Positions 55,597 to 63,614 of a DNA stretch of 64,000 nucleotides are shown here, one piece after another. The stretch spans positions 32,001 through 96,000 of IMG/VR virus record IMGVR_UViG_3300027759_000050. One strand, given 5' to 3'. The translations under genes were made by a program, and so were the position numbers. Source of the DNA: a virus. Within the stretch, counting starts at the first letter, position 1. Every line of letters begins with the position of its first letter. The notes under the pieces are model-generated. The model worked only from the letters and a program-made list of their open reading frames with translations. It was not told the DNA's origin and searched no databases.

Positions 55597-55694
55597 CATA
55601 TAGAAGCATACTGCTTGCCTGACCGAAAAAGTCGTGGTAAACTATAAGAGAAAGAGGTTCGAATCCTCGGGACTGGTAGTGTGCTTCTATATGG
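55596..55694 (+). ncRNA. stem-closed RNA carrying a tRNA-like T-arm
   Basis: closing stem CCATATAGAAGCATACT/AGTGTGCTTCTATATGG (17 bp, one G.U); inside are TGGTAAA and GAGG-TTCGAAT-CCTC. Confidence 0.6.
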
Positions 55695-55710
55695 TAACCA
55701 AGGACATAAA

Positions 55711-55941
55711 ATGAACGAAAATTACAAAGCTGACCTGATGCAACGCTTACAAGGACAAACCTTGACCCGTGCCGAACTATTCAAGGATGACCCTGCTTCC
55801 CTAATCGATGCCGTCCTGGATCAGATTAAAACCGACATAGCCATGGGTGACCTGATGGCCATCGAGGGGCTCCTGATGAATTGCCGCGAGGAGGCTCTGC
55901 TGGGATACCTGCCTGAAGAATTCCTAGGATCGCAACTATAG
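55711..55941 (+). CDS. hypothetical early protein; start revised to 55711
   Basis: SD AAGGA; LIDAVLDQIKTDI..GDL.AIEGLL...LLGYLPE. Confidence 0.75.
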   Translation: MNENYKADLMQRLQGQTLTRAELFKDDPASLIDAVLDQIKTDIAMGDLMAIEGLLMNCREEALLGYLPEEFLGSQL

Positions 55942-55973
55942 GTTGTGACATTCCGACCGAACCTGTGTATAAT
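55932..55973 (+). promoter_or_regulatory. sigma70 promoter cassette
   Basis: GCAACTATAGGTT-GTGACA-N17-TATAAT. Confidence 0.82.
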
Positions 55974-56003
55974 GGCACCATCTAAACGAAACTAGGAAGC
56001 AAA

Positions 56004-56237
56004 ATGTTCAAGACACAATCCGCAGCAAGCAAAGTCCGTACCCTCCGTATGCAAAACCTCCTGAGGGACTTCGGTGACGCTTCGGTTAAAAAGCACAAGA
56101 CCTACGCCTTCTCGGCAGGTTACATGGAGAGCACGGTCCTGTCCATGTTCTCGGAGATGACCAAGGCACAGCAAGAGCATTGGCTTGAGTGCTTCGCGGC
56201 TCGTACCTCTGACGCTATCAAAGCTTTGGAGGCATAA
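56004..56237 (+). CDS. hypothetical early protein
   Basis: SD AGGA; YAFSAGYMES. Confidence 0.75.
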   Translation: MFKTQSAASKVRTLRMQNLLRDFGDASVKKHKTYAFSAGYMESTVLSMFSEMTKAQQEHWLECFAARTSDAIKALEA

Positions 56238-56238
56238 T

Positions 56239-56346
56239 ATGGACAAGGACATGGAGAAGACCTTGACTGGTCTGGCATTCACCTTGACCTACCTGTTGGT
56301 CTTGGTGGTAGTGGTAATGGATACAGTTTACTGGAGGGCAGGATAA
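56239..56346 (+). CDS. 35-aa membrane peptide (not in ORF track)
   Basis: SD GGAGG; LAFTLTYLLVLVVVVMD..YWR. Confidence 0.6.
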   Translation: MDKDMEKTLTGLAFTLTYLLVLVVVVMDTVYWRAG

Positions 56347-56458
56347 TGGCATGGTTGGATATGGTTAATGTTCTGATGGGTTATGATATGGCTCGGAGGA
56401 TCGGGCTCGCTCTGGATTGCTCTGTGGCTGGCAAGCTAATCCACAAGGCTAATCAGGC

Positions 56459-56487
56459 AGTATAACACAGGTGGTGGGGGAGGTCAA
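56459..56487 (-). promoter_or_regulatory. antisense sigma70 promoter at the end of the rightward early block
   Basis: minus-strand TTGACC-N17-TATACT. Confidence 0.55.
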
Positions 56488-56693
56488 GCCCCCACTGCTT
56501 GGAAGCACAGTGGTCGGCAGGGGCTGGCAGCAGTGCCGGCGACAGGCTATGGCGATATGGCGGTGCGTGCTAAGAAAAAGTTCTCCATGGCGAAACTCTT
56601 TTCTTTTCCATTTTATTTTCTGGCCCCTCCAAGCAGTTTTCGAATTTTCACTATTTTCGCCTCCTAATTTTTTTTCAGGAGGCCGCAGAGGCC

Positions 56694-56840
56694 CTAATGT
56701 TTTTTCCTCTTAGTGGTTCTAGCAACACCTGATGGTTTCACTCTCTTGGTCGATGTACTGACCTTACCTGTCTTTCTATTTGTGGTCTTTGTGGTTCTAA
56801 AAGAACCCGCAATCTTTACCATCTTCTCAAATAGTTTCAT
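56694..56840 (-). CDS. 48-aa highly basic peptide (not in ORF track)
   Basis: SD GGAG; overlaps the stop of 56827..57369; K/R/T-rich. Confidence 0.5.
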   Translation of the reverse strand: MKLFEKMVKIAGSFRTTKTTNRKTGKVSTSTKRVKPSGVARTTKRKKH

Positions 56841-57369
56841 TCTTTATCTCCCACCTAGTCTTTATTTCCTCTAAGGCTTCTTCGAGCGCCTTCGTTCTTT
56901 GTTCCAAATTGGGGTTCGGATAACTATACTGAGTGGTTACTGTGGTGTTAATATTACTAATTGTACCACCTGATCCTATTGGTAACATAGTAACAGGTAA
57001 CATAGTACCAACGGCAACCGTAATAGCCGGCTGCGGCTGAAATTCATCATTAATAATAGTGGAAGCGAATTTACCTGATATACCGTTGGAACCTTTTTGA
57101 ACATCCTCTATGGTCTTTCTAGCCTTAATGGCTTTTATGCACCATGTTATCTCATCTAAATCAGTTCTGTCCTCATAGGACCCAATATAGTATCCTTCTA
57201 TTTCGTTCAAGCCTTTAAGTTGATTTGCATTACTAACATAGACGTACTCAGGAAAATATCCTTCTAATTCTCCACCATATTCGGTCCACTCATGGAGTTT
57301 CTTTCTTTGGTAATCTTCGAACTCTTTGGGGTTACCCGCCACTATAAAAATTTTCTTCTTGGGGGTCAT
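56827..57369 (-). CDS. hypothetical protein
   Basis: IFIVAGN...YVYVS...LKGL...GYYIGS. Confidence 0.7.
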   Translation of the reverse strand: MTPKKKIFIVAGNPKEFEDYQRKKLHEWTEYGGELEGYFPEYVYVSNANQLKGLNEIEGYYIGSYEDRTDLDEITWCIKAIKARKTIEDVQKGSNGISGKFASTIINDEFQPQPAITVAVGTMLPVTMLPIGSGGTISNINTTVTTQYSYPNPNLEQRTKALEEALEEIKTRWEIKNETI

Positions 57370-57587
57370 TTAATCTCTAAGCGTTTGATTAGGTTAGTAA
57401 GCAAAGAACTTGGTGACCTAGGATTGGAAATCTGAAAACCACCACCAGGTGCTCGTTTGACTTTGACACCAGGATTCTGTTTCTTGATTTTCTTAATCAT
57501 CTCCTTATCTTTGGCTTTTTTCTCGGCCGGTGTAAGTTCAGGTTCTTTGTTGATTGGTTCAATATCTTCAATAATTTCTTCGGTCAT
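57366..57587 (-). CDS. hypothetical protein
   Basis: SD AGGAG; ATGA coupling. Confidence 0.7.
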   Translation of the reverse strand: MTEEIIEDIEPINKEPELTPAEKKAKDKEMIKKIKKQNPGVKVKRAPGGGFQISNPRSPSSLLTNLIKRLEIK

Positions 57588-57614
57588 TCTTAAACTCCTA
57601 TTTGTCCTATTTGT

Positions 57615-58079
57615 TCATTTCCTATTTCTTTCAGCTTCCGCCACTCTCTTACGGAGACTGGAGGATGAAAAAGAATGGTCTCGGCCATTGTAAACAATTC
57701 CTATTCCTCTTTTTTGGCATATATCTCTACCAGTAAAGTCCTTATCCTTGTACTCTACTCCTAATATTCTAACATCAACAGGCAGAATAAGCAAGAGGTC
57801 CTCTAAATCTTTTTCTGTCTGATAAACTACCACTTCATCCACATTGCGATTCGTAGATAATTGAATCTGTCTTTCTACTATACTCTGAATGGGAGGATTC
57901 TTGGACTCAGGTCGGTCGATAGTCGGATCGGTCTGAAGTGCAGCAATCAGGTAATCACAATGGTTCTTCGCTTCAGCCAGCATAGCAATATGTCCAGCAT
58001 GTAATAGGTCAAAGGTCGAAAAGGTAATACCGATGGTCAGGCCTTGTTGTTTTAATTCTTTGATTCTATTGAATATCAT
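57615..58079 (-). CDS. cytidylyltransferase (TagD-like HxGH family)
   Basis: TFDLLHAGH, ALQTDP, ERQIQL, VDEV, RDHSFSSSSLR. Confidence 0.9.
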   Translation of the reverse strand: MIFNRIKELKQQGLTIGITFSTFDLLHAGHIAMLAEAKNHCDYLIAALQTDPTIDRPESKNPPIQSIVERQIQLSTNRNVDEVVVYQTEKDLEDLLLILPVDVRILGVEYKDKDFTGRDICQKRGIGIVYNGRDHSFSSSSLRKRVAEAERNRK

Positions 58080-58273
58080 ACCATGTCCATAAAAAGTCTA
58101 CTACGAGCTTTCCGGCTAATCTGTGAATCTATGATTTCAGCTGACCGTTGCATCATAGCACAAGCCATCATTAGAAGTTCTTCTCGGCTATCACACATCA
58201 AAATTTGTTGTTCTACAGGAAACATTAGTTCATGCATCCTAATACGAACGGAATCTTTTTCATCTTCTGTCAT
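58076..58273 (-). CDS. hypothetical protein
   Basis: ATGA-coupled; QILMCDSREELLM. Confidence 0.7.
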   Translation of the reverse strand: MTEDEKDSVRIRMHELMFPVEQQILMCDSREELLMMACAMMQRSAEIIDSQISRKARSRLFMDMV

Positions 58274-58458
58274 TTCTTTTTCCTCTTAGGTGGAGGTTCA
58301 ATAGTCTCCTGAAACCTTGCAACCCATTCTTCGTGGTCTTTGTTGTTTTTATTGAATGTCACTTCATCAATCTCAACATCATTCCAGAAGTGCCTGTAAC
58401 CTTCGGTACTCAGGACTTCTACGACAAACGGTTCAGGCTTCTTGCTTCTGGTCGCCAT
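58270..58458 (-). CDS. hypothetical protein
   Basis: coupled ORF; SD GAGG. Confidence 0.6.
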   Translation of the reverse strand: MATRSKKPEPFVVEVLSTEGYRHFWNDVEIDEVTFNKNNKDHEEWVARFQETIEPPPKRKKK

Positions 58459-58639
58459 TGTACATCCTCACACATTCACGGAGCCTCAGTTCTTTCTTAA
58501 TGAAAAAGGCTTTATCGTCATACTCCATGTGTTTGCTTTTGTGTTCAATAGACAATCCAGTATAATATTGAAAGTTGGCTTTCAGGGCCGCATCGGACAA
58601 CCGTTCAGTGGGTTCAGTAATCATATAAAGTTTTTCCAT
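58433..58639 (-). CDS. hypothetical protein
   Basis: ORF in a minus-strand operon. Confidence 0.6.
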   Translation of the reverse strand: MEKLYMITEPTERLSDAALKANFQYYTGLSIEHKSKHMEYDDKAFFIKKELRLRECVRMYNGDQKQEA

Positions 58640-58646
58640 AATAAAT

Positions 58647-58976
58647 TCATTTAACCTGTTTCAAGATTTGTACCATGTCCGAAGGAACAAGGAATGCTCG
58701 AGCTAGATAATCGGTGCCACCTATTATTTTATCTTCCCTTTTTGTAAACAAAACATGTTTAGACCGTAACAATTCTTCAGCAATCATATGACATAAATTT
58801 TTCTTAATCCAAGCTTCTGAATCTCCAACGTCGAGGCTTAATTTTTGAAATTCTGTTATTTTAAAATTAGCCGTCAACATTTCACCTTTGATTACATGTT
58901 GAGTTTCTAGCAATGGGTCATTTATGTTTTTGTGAAAATCGTCCCAAGAATTTATATTCCAATTTGTTTTTGCCAT
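58647..58976 (-). CDS. hypothetical protein
   Basis: SD GAGG; ARAFLVP. Confidence 0.7.
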   Translation of the reverse strand: MAKTNWNINSWDDFHKNINDPLLETQHVIKGEMLTANFKITEFQKLSLDVGDSEAWIKKNLCHMIAEELLRSKHVLFTKREDKIIGGTDYLARAFLVPSDMVQILKQVK

Positions 58977-59237
58977 TTATTCCTCAAAAATCAAAACTAC
59001 ATCTTCTTCGGAAAGGATATAGAATGTGTTTCCTTCAACAACAGTCTTTGAAGCTGCATTCCAGTTGGTTAGTATAACATCACCAACAGAAATGTCAAGC
59101 ACTTCTGGACCAACAGAGATAACTTTACCGCGGTTAACTTCATCACGGTCAGTTCTGGTCAAAATAATACCACCTGGTGATACCTTTTCTTTTTCGATAA
59201 TTTCTACCACTAGTTTTTTGTTCAAAGGCTTTAGCAT
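58977..59237 (-). CDS. groES: co-chaperonin GroES
   Basis: LKPLNKKLVV, SPGGIIL, GKVISVGP, SVGDVI, ILSEEDV. Confidence 0.9.
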   Translation of the reverse strand: MLKPLNKKLVVEIIEKEKVSPGGIILTRTDRDEVNRGKVISVGPEVLDISVGDVILTNWNAASKTVVEGNTFYILSEEDVVLIFEE

Positions 59238-59247
59238 AATTTTCTTT

Positions 59248-60069
59248 CTATATTTTTAACATTTCTTCGTAAGTATAATTACGTTCCATGTAAGTTGAGG
59301 GATTCTTCAAATAATTTTCTACGGCATCACCCGGTCGCCTAGGAGAATGACTCACTTTGAAATCTACACCGTTGACTTTCTTAAAAATGTCAATAATCTC
59401 TTGGACTGTCCGAGTATCACCATAAGCTAAGTTCTCAATAGACATACTTGGTTTATCTATAGCTTTAATGAGCGCTCTGCAAATATCGTTCACATGGACA
59501 TATTCCCGGACAGCAGTACCATCCTTGGTTCGATAATCCGTTCCATTAAGAGTGAAATCTCTAGTTTGTATAGCGTTAGTCAGATTGTAGAACAGACCAT
59601 CTGGATTCGTTGCAGGATAACCTCCAGACCCAATAACATTATAGAATCGAAATATGGTGTAATCTCTTTCTCCCATATATTCTCTAATGATATGTTCAGC
59701 CATCAACTTACTATAACCATAAGGACTTGTTGGATTGTCTGCAGCACCGGTAGATGCAAAAATGAAGTTTTTATATTCCAAATTCTCCAGTAGATTGATT
59801 GTACCATTGACATTTGTTTTGCAATATTCGCTAGGTTTTTGAACCGATTCTCCCACACGGATAAGTGCGGCAAGATGGATTACGGCACCAAACTTAATAC
59901 CAAAAAAACTCTTGTAAAGAGCATTAGGATTACGAATATCAATACTGTTAGTCCACACAGGATCAGCATAGTCTAATCGCCAAATATCAATGTCAGGTCG
60001 AGTCTCGGTAAGCATCTTATACAAATGCTTACCGATGTACCCGTTTGAACCAGTGATTAATACTTTCAT
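59248..60069 (-). CDS. NAD-dependent epimerase (GalE-like)
   Basis: ITGSNGYIG, IHLAALIRVGESV, YGYSK, FRFYNVIG, DGTAVREYVHV, RRPGD. Confidence 0.9.
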   Translation of the reverse strand: MKVLITGSNGYIGKHLYKMLTETRPDIDIWRLDYADPVWTNSIDIRNPNALYKSFFGIKFGAVIHLAALIRVGESVQKPSEYCKTNVNGTINLLENLEYKNFIFASTGAADNPTSPYGYSKLMAEHIIREYMGERDYTIFRFYNVIGSGGYPATNPDGLFYNLTNAIQTRDFTLNGTDYRTKDGTAVREYVHVNDICRALIKAIDKPSMSIENLAYGDTRTVQEIIDIFKKVNGVDFKVSHSPRRPGDAVENYLKNPSTYMERNYTYEEMLKI

Positions 60070-60263
60070 TCTGATAGGAATGTAGGACGGCTATTACCAA
60101 CAAAATCATCAGCCAATTTCTCAGCTTCTTCTTTTACATAACTCCGTGAAGAATGTGAAAACATTTCATTCATATAGAAAGCGATAGTGTATACACCCAT
60201 TGCATCCTTGCGAACTTCACTTTTCTTATTATCTACTTGTGCAGTATAACATAAATCAAACAT
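60066..60263 (-). CDS. hypothetical protein
   Basis: SD AAGGAG; AEKLADDFV. Confidence 0.7.
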   Translation of the reverse strand: MFDLCYTAQVDNKKSEVRKDAMGVYTIAFYMNEMFSHSSRSYVKEEAEKLADDFVGNSRPTFLSE

Positions 60264-60272
60264 ACTAACTCC

Positions 60273-62477
60273 TTATGTAATCAAATCAATAAACCGGTTC
60301 AAAACAACACGGCTACTTTTCCTTGAAGAACTGAATTTATTAAATTCAGAAGCAATCTTTTTCAAAGATGCAGATTCTTCTACTTCAAATTCAGAATCTT
60401 CATCAGTATCTAGGCCTTCGGAACGGAGCAAATAATATTCATCAAAACCACCGTTGGTGATAACCTGAAATTTGTTAGTACGAAAATCTTTTTTCATTTT
60501 GTCAACATGAACAGTGTCAAGGTCTGGCATGTATTTTGATGCAACATAACTAAATTGGCGACCTGGAAGAACATAGAAACCAATGATGTTACAACCTGTA
60601 CGAACTTTCAAAAGTTTGATATAAGCTGAAGTCAGTTCATTGTCGGACATAGTTGAAATCATCACTTCATACTTTGTAATTGGATCACGGATAACCAATC
60701 TTTGATTCTTACTACCATAACCTTGAGCTGACCACAGATAACGGCCATAACCATCAGCAACAGCAGTCCATTTGTTTCCTTCACCATCAGTCAAGAATAC
60801 GGTATTAACAATTTGCAGTCTATTTTCTTTTTTGAATTTAGGAACAATTTTCATTGCAGCAACAATAGATTCATTCAAAGGAGTTCCGCCAAGTTTAAAC
60901 CAATCAGGCATTGTCCAACGCCCATGTTGTTCATATCTTAAAAGAGCACCAGCAGCTTTAGTGAATTGAACGGCACTCATTTTGTTTGAAAGAAGATTCA
61001 ATAATCTAAAATCAGAAAGACACATATCTCCACGTTTTAAACTATTTTGATGTTGCCAACCTTTATCAATGTCTTCATATTCTGTACTGAAAGCATACAC
61101 TTCATAAGGAATATTAATCTTCTTGCAAAACATCACAAGGTTCAATAATTGCTTTACGGTGTTTCCAATGTTATCAGACATGGAACCTGACCAATCAATG
61201 AACATAACCAGACCATGTGATTTACCACCAGGTACAACAGTAATCTTCTTGAAAATATCTTCACTGAATTGATAAGAGAAAATCTTACTCATGTTCAGTT
61301 CACCAGTTTTTGAAATGCTTGCACGTTTCATTTGGTCAGCATTCTTACGCAGCTCAAATTCTTTTACAAGATAAGAAACCACTTTCTTAGAATCTTCACG
61401 AAATTTAAGAAATTCTTCTTTATCTTTTACTAAGAATTCTTTCCATTCGGATTTGGGTCCACCCAATTCTTTATACTTAAAAGTAACATCATCTTCATAA
61501 CGAGACCAAACTACACTGTGGTCCACGATAATTCTATCAGTGTTCAGATTTGGAACATTACCATATCCATATTCTAAGGAACTAGAAGAAAACATTCGGC
61601 TTTCGTTTTTACGGTAAGCTTCATCTGTTTCTGAAACAGGTTCTTCAACTTGTTTTGTTTTACGGCCGCCGGCACCACCACCTTGATTTTTACCAGATTT
61701 ATCATCAACACCTTCAGCTCCGCCACTTTCAGGTTTAGAAGATTTTGTTCCTTCTTCATTTACACCTTCTTCATCAGAAGTTTTGCCTTTTTTACTTTCT
61801 TCTTCTTTGGAATTTTCATCAGATTTTTCACCAAGGATTTCTTCAAGAATTTGATCCATTTCTTCATCGGATAAATCAACTTCGCCTTTTTCAGTTCCAC
61901 TTTCTTCTTCCGGATTTTCTTCTTCTTGGCTTTTCATGTAATCAGAAACTTTTTTATAAACTTCAATTACATCATCATAGGTTTGTGTATTTTCGATTTC
62001 TTCCAGAAGTTCGGTTTCAACATCATCGAATTTAATACCAGTAGATGCACCACCTTTGCAGTAAAGGTTAACACGGTCGATGAAATTTAGTTCATTTAGG
62101 TCTTTGCCTGCGGTACCAAAGAAATCTTGGTCAACCAATTCTCTGTAAGCACGAATGAAAGACTGGCGAATGCCAGGATATTTTGTTTTGATTTTACGTT
62201 CAATACGGGAATCTTCCAGTACATTCATAACACTCATGGAGTATTTTAGGTCGTAGGCCTTTTTCATACCATCTTCTGGTGTATAAAGTGCATGACCGAC
62301 TTCGTGACCCATGAATAGGTCGTACAGGTAAGATGATATTCCGTTTTCCAGGATAGGAATGGTTAGAATACGATTTTTAACATCAAAGGATGCTGTTGGA
62401 ACCTTGCGTTGTTCGATATGAAGGTTCTCGGTTGCCATAAGTTTGGCTAGAATTGACTTGGATTCGATTAGTTCCAT
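60273..62477 (-). CDS. HExxH peptidase-like plus VWA-domain protein (CobT-like MoxR partner)
   Basis: LAKLMATEN, HEVGHALYT, NVLEDSRIE; acidic linker; MIDAS IDWSGSM...GGTPL...FLTDGE. Confidence 0.88.
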   Translation of the reverse strand: MELIESKSILAKLMATENLHIEQRKVPTASFDVKNRILTIPILENGISSYLYDLFMGHEVGHALYTPEDGMKKAYDLKYSMSVMNVLEDSRIERKIKTKYPGIRQSFIRAYRELVDQDFFGTAGKDLNELNFIDRVNLYCKGGASTGIKFDDVETELLEEIENTQTYDDVIEVYKKVSDYMKSQEEENPEEESGTEKGEVDLSDEEMDQILEEILGEKSDENSKEEESKKGKTSDEEGVNEEGTKSSKPESGGAEGVDDKSGKNQGGGAGGRKTKQVEEPVSETDEAYRKNESRMFSSSSLEYGYGNVPNLNTDRIIVDHSVVWSRYEDDVTFKYKELGGPKSEWKEFLVKDKEEFLKFREDSKKVVSYLVKEFELRKNADQMKRASISKTGELNMSKIFSYQFSEDIFKKITVVPGGKSHGLVMFIDWSGSMSDNIGNTVKQLLNLVMFCKKINIPYEVYAFSTEYEDIDKGWQHQNSLKRGDMCLSDFRLLNLLSNKMSAVQFTKAAGALLRYEQHGRWTMPDWFKLGGTPLNESIVAAMKIVPKFKKENRLQIVNTVFLTDGEGNKWTAVADGYGRYLWSAQGYGSKNQRLVIRDPITKYEVMISTMSDNELTSAYIKLLKVRTGCNIIGFYVLPGRQFSYVASKYMPDLDTVHVDKMKKDFRTNKFQVITNGGFDEYYLLRSEGLDTDEDSEFEVEESASLKKIASEFNKFSSSRKSSRVVLNRFIDLIT

Positions 62478-62502
62478 GGTATTTCCTAAAAGTAATGTAT
62501 GT

Positions 62503-62530
62503 ATTATACACTATTTTCGTTATTTGTCAA
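62503..62530 (-). promoter_or_regulatory. sigma70 promoter for the VWA gene
   Basis: TTGACA-N16-TATAAT. Confidence 0.8.
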
Positions 62531-62719
62531 GCTTTTGTCAGTAATAATTAGTGTGCCTTCTTCGGTCACCTCTAAATGTAGTGTTGTTCCTTCTTTCCAA
62601 CCCATTTTTTCGATTAGCTCTGGTGGAAAAGTCAGAATTCCATCGCCGGATCCGTCTTCGGCTTCTTGAATGTATGTAATCCAAGTGTTTTCAGTTGGTA
62701 TATTGTCGTAGTTGTTCAT
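62504..62719 (-). CDS. AbrB/MazE-like small protein
   Basis: GDGILTFPPELIEKMGWKEGTTL. Confidence 0.75.
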   Translation of the reverse strand: MNNYDNIPTENTWITYIQEAEDGSGDGILTFPPELIEKMGWKEGTTLHLEVTEEGTLIITDKSLTNNENSV

Positions 62720-62996
62720 AATTTTCTTGATCCTGTTCGAATTGTGTCATAACAGCCCATCGGCAAACTGCTTGATTGAGTTCATTTAGTGATTCCGCAG
62801 TGAATTTTGGTTTTTTATTGTCAATTTCTGTATTTTCTGTCATTTTTATTGCTCTCCGAGAAGAATTCGTGACAGTTTCTGCGGATGTTTGACTTTCCGG
62901 TCGTGCTCTGACACAATTTTGTGCTTTTGCACGGGTTTTATGGGAGTCCGGCAGTGCGGACGTGCTAGTTTTAGTGTAAAATTGAGTTTTTTCATG

Positions 62997-63341
62997 TTAA
63001 CGCCTCATACTTGAAATGTCTTTTGCTTGTTCATCAGTAAAAACAGGTACGGCATTAGATTTATGCATTGTTGCAATACCTTTGACCATAGAACCAGTGT
63101 ATATTTTAGCTGGAGCTTTAGTTGCATCACCTGGTCCCGTATCTAAAGACTTAAATTTGGCCGTTTCACGGACATAAACACTGGTCACAACAGGAGTTTT
63201 AACTTCCATTGTTTTAGAGTATTTACTTAATGACTTAGGCTTCATATCCTCGATGGATTTGAGCCATTCTTCATACTGTGCCTGTTGGTTCTTAGGCACT
63301 TTCCGTTTTTTAGATTTGGGAACTTTACAGTGGATAAACAT
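62997..63341 (-). CDS. conserved T4-like hypothetical protein
   Basis: YTGSMVKGIATMHKSNAVPVF...AKDISSMRR. Confidence 0.8.
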   Translation of the reverse strand: MFIHCKVPKSKKRKVPKNQQAQYEEWLKSIEDMKPKSLSKYSKTMEVKTPVVTSVYVRETAKFKSLDTGPGDATKAPAKIYTGSMVKGIATMHKSNAVPVFTDEQAKDISSMRR

Positions 63342-63365
63342 AATATATTTCCGTACAAGATTCAC

Positions 63366-63418
63366 ATTATACAGAACTTTCAAGTAATTGTCAAGTTATT
63401 TGTTGTTTTAATACAACA
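63366..63418 (-). promoter_or_regulatory. sigma70 promoter with TGTTG-N8-CAACA palindrome
   Basis: TTGACA-N17-TATAAT; TGTTGTTTTAATACAACA at 63401-63418. Confidence 0.85.
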
Positions 63419-63419
63419 C

Positions 63420-63599
63420 TTAACGTCTAAATTTCATTTTATCGGCACCCCAATCGGTTTCGTACTTATCAAATTGAGATGGTCTAGTAAAACTCTTTTG
63501 TTTGTCTCGCTTCTTACGTTTATCGTATTGGTTTTTTTCAAAACCATAATCTTCGTTGTAGTTTCTATCTTTGCGAAACTTCTCTACATCTTTTGACAC
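63420..63599 (-). CDS. 59-aa charged protein, GTG start (not in ORF track)
   Basis: SD AGGAG; MSKDVEKFRKDRNYNEDY. Confidence 0.6.
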   Translation of the reverse strand: MSKDVEKFRKDRNYNEDYGFEKNQYDKRKKRDKQKSFTRPSQFDKYETDWGADKMKFRR

Positions 63600-63614
63600 C
63601 TAAAACTCCTATAG

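Noticed and set aside
55610-55690. Canonical tRNA gene
   Set aside because: Only the T-arm is convincing; no cloverleaf, anticodon arm or CCA. Kept as a tRNA-like ncRNA candidate.
47540-56000. Promoter repeats as a CRISPR array or integron attC array
   Set aside because: Spacing is gene-sized and irregular, the repeats are promoters, and no attC R-box structure or integrase was seen.
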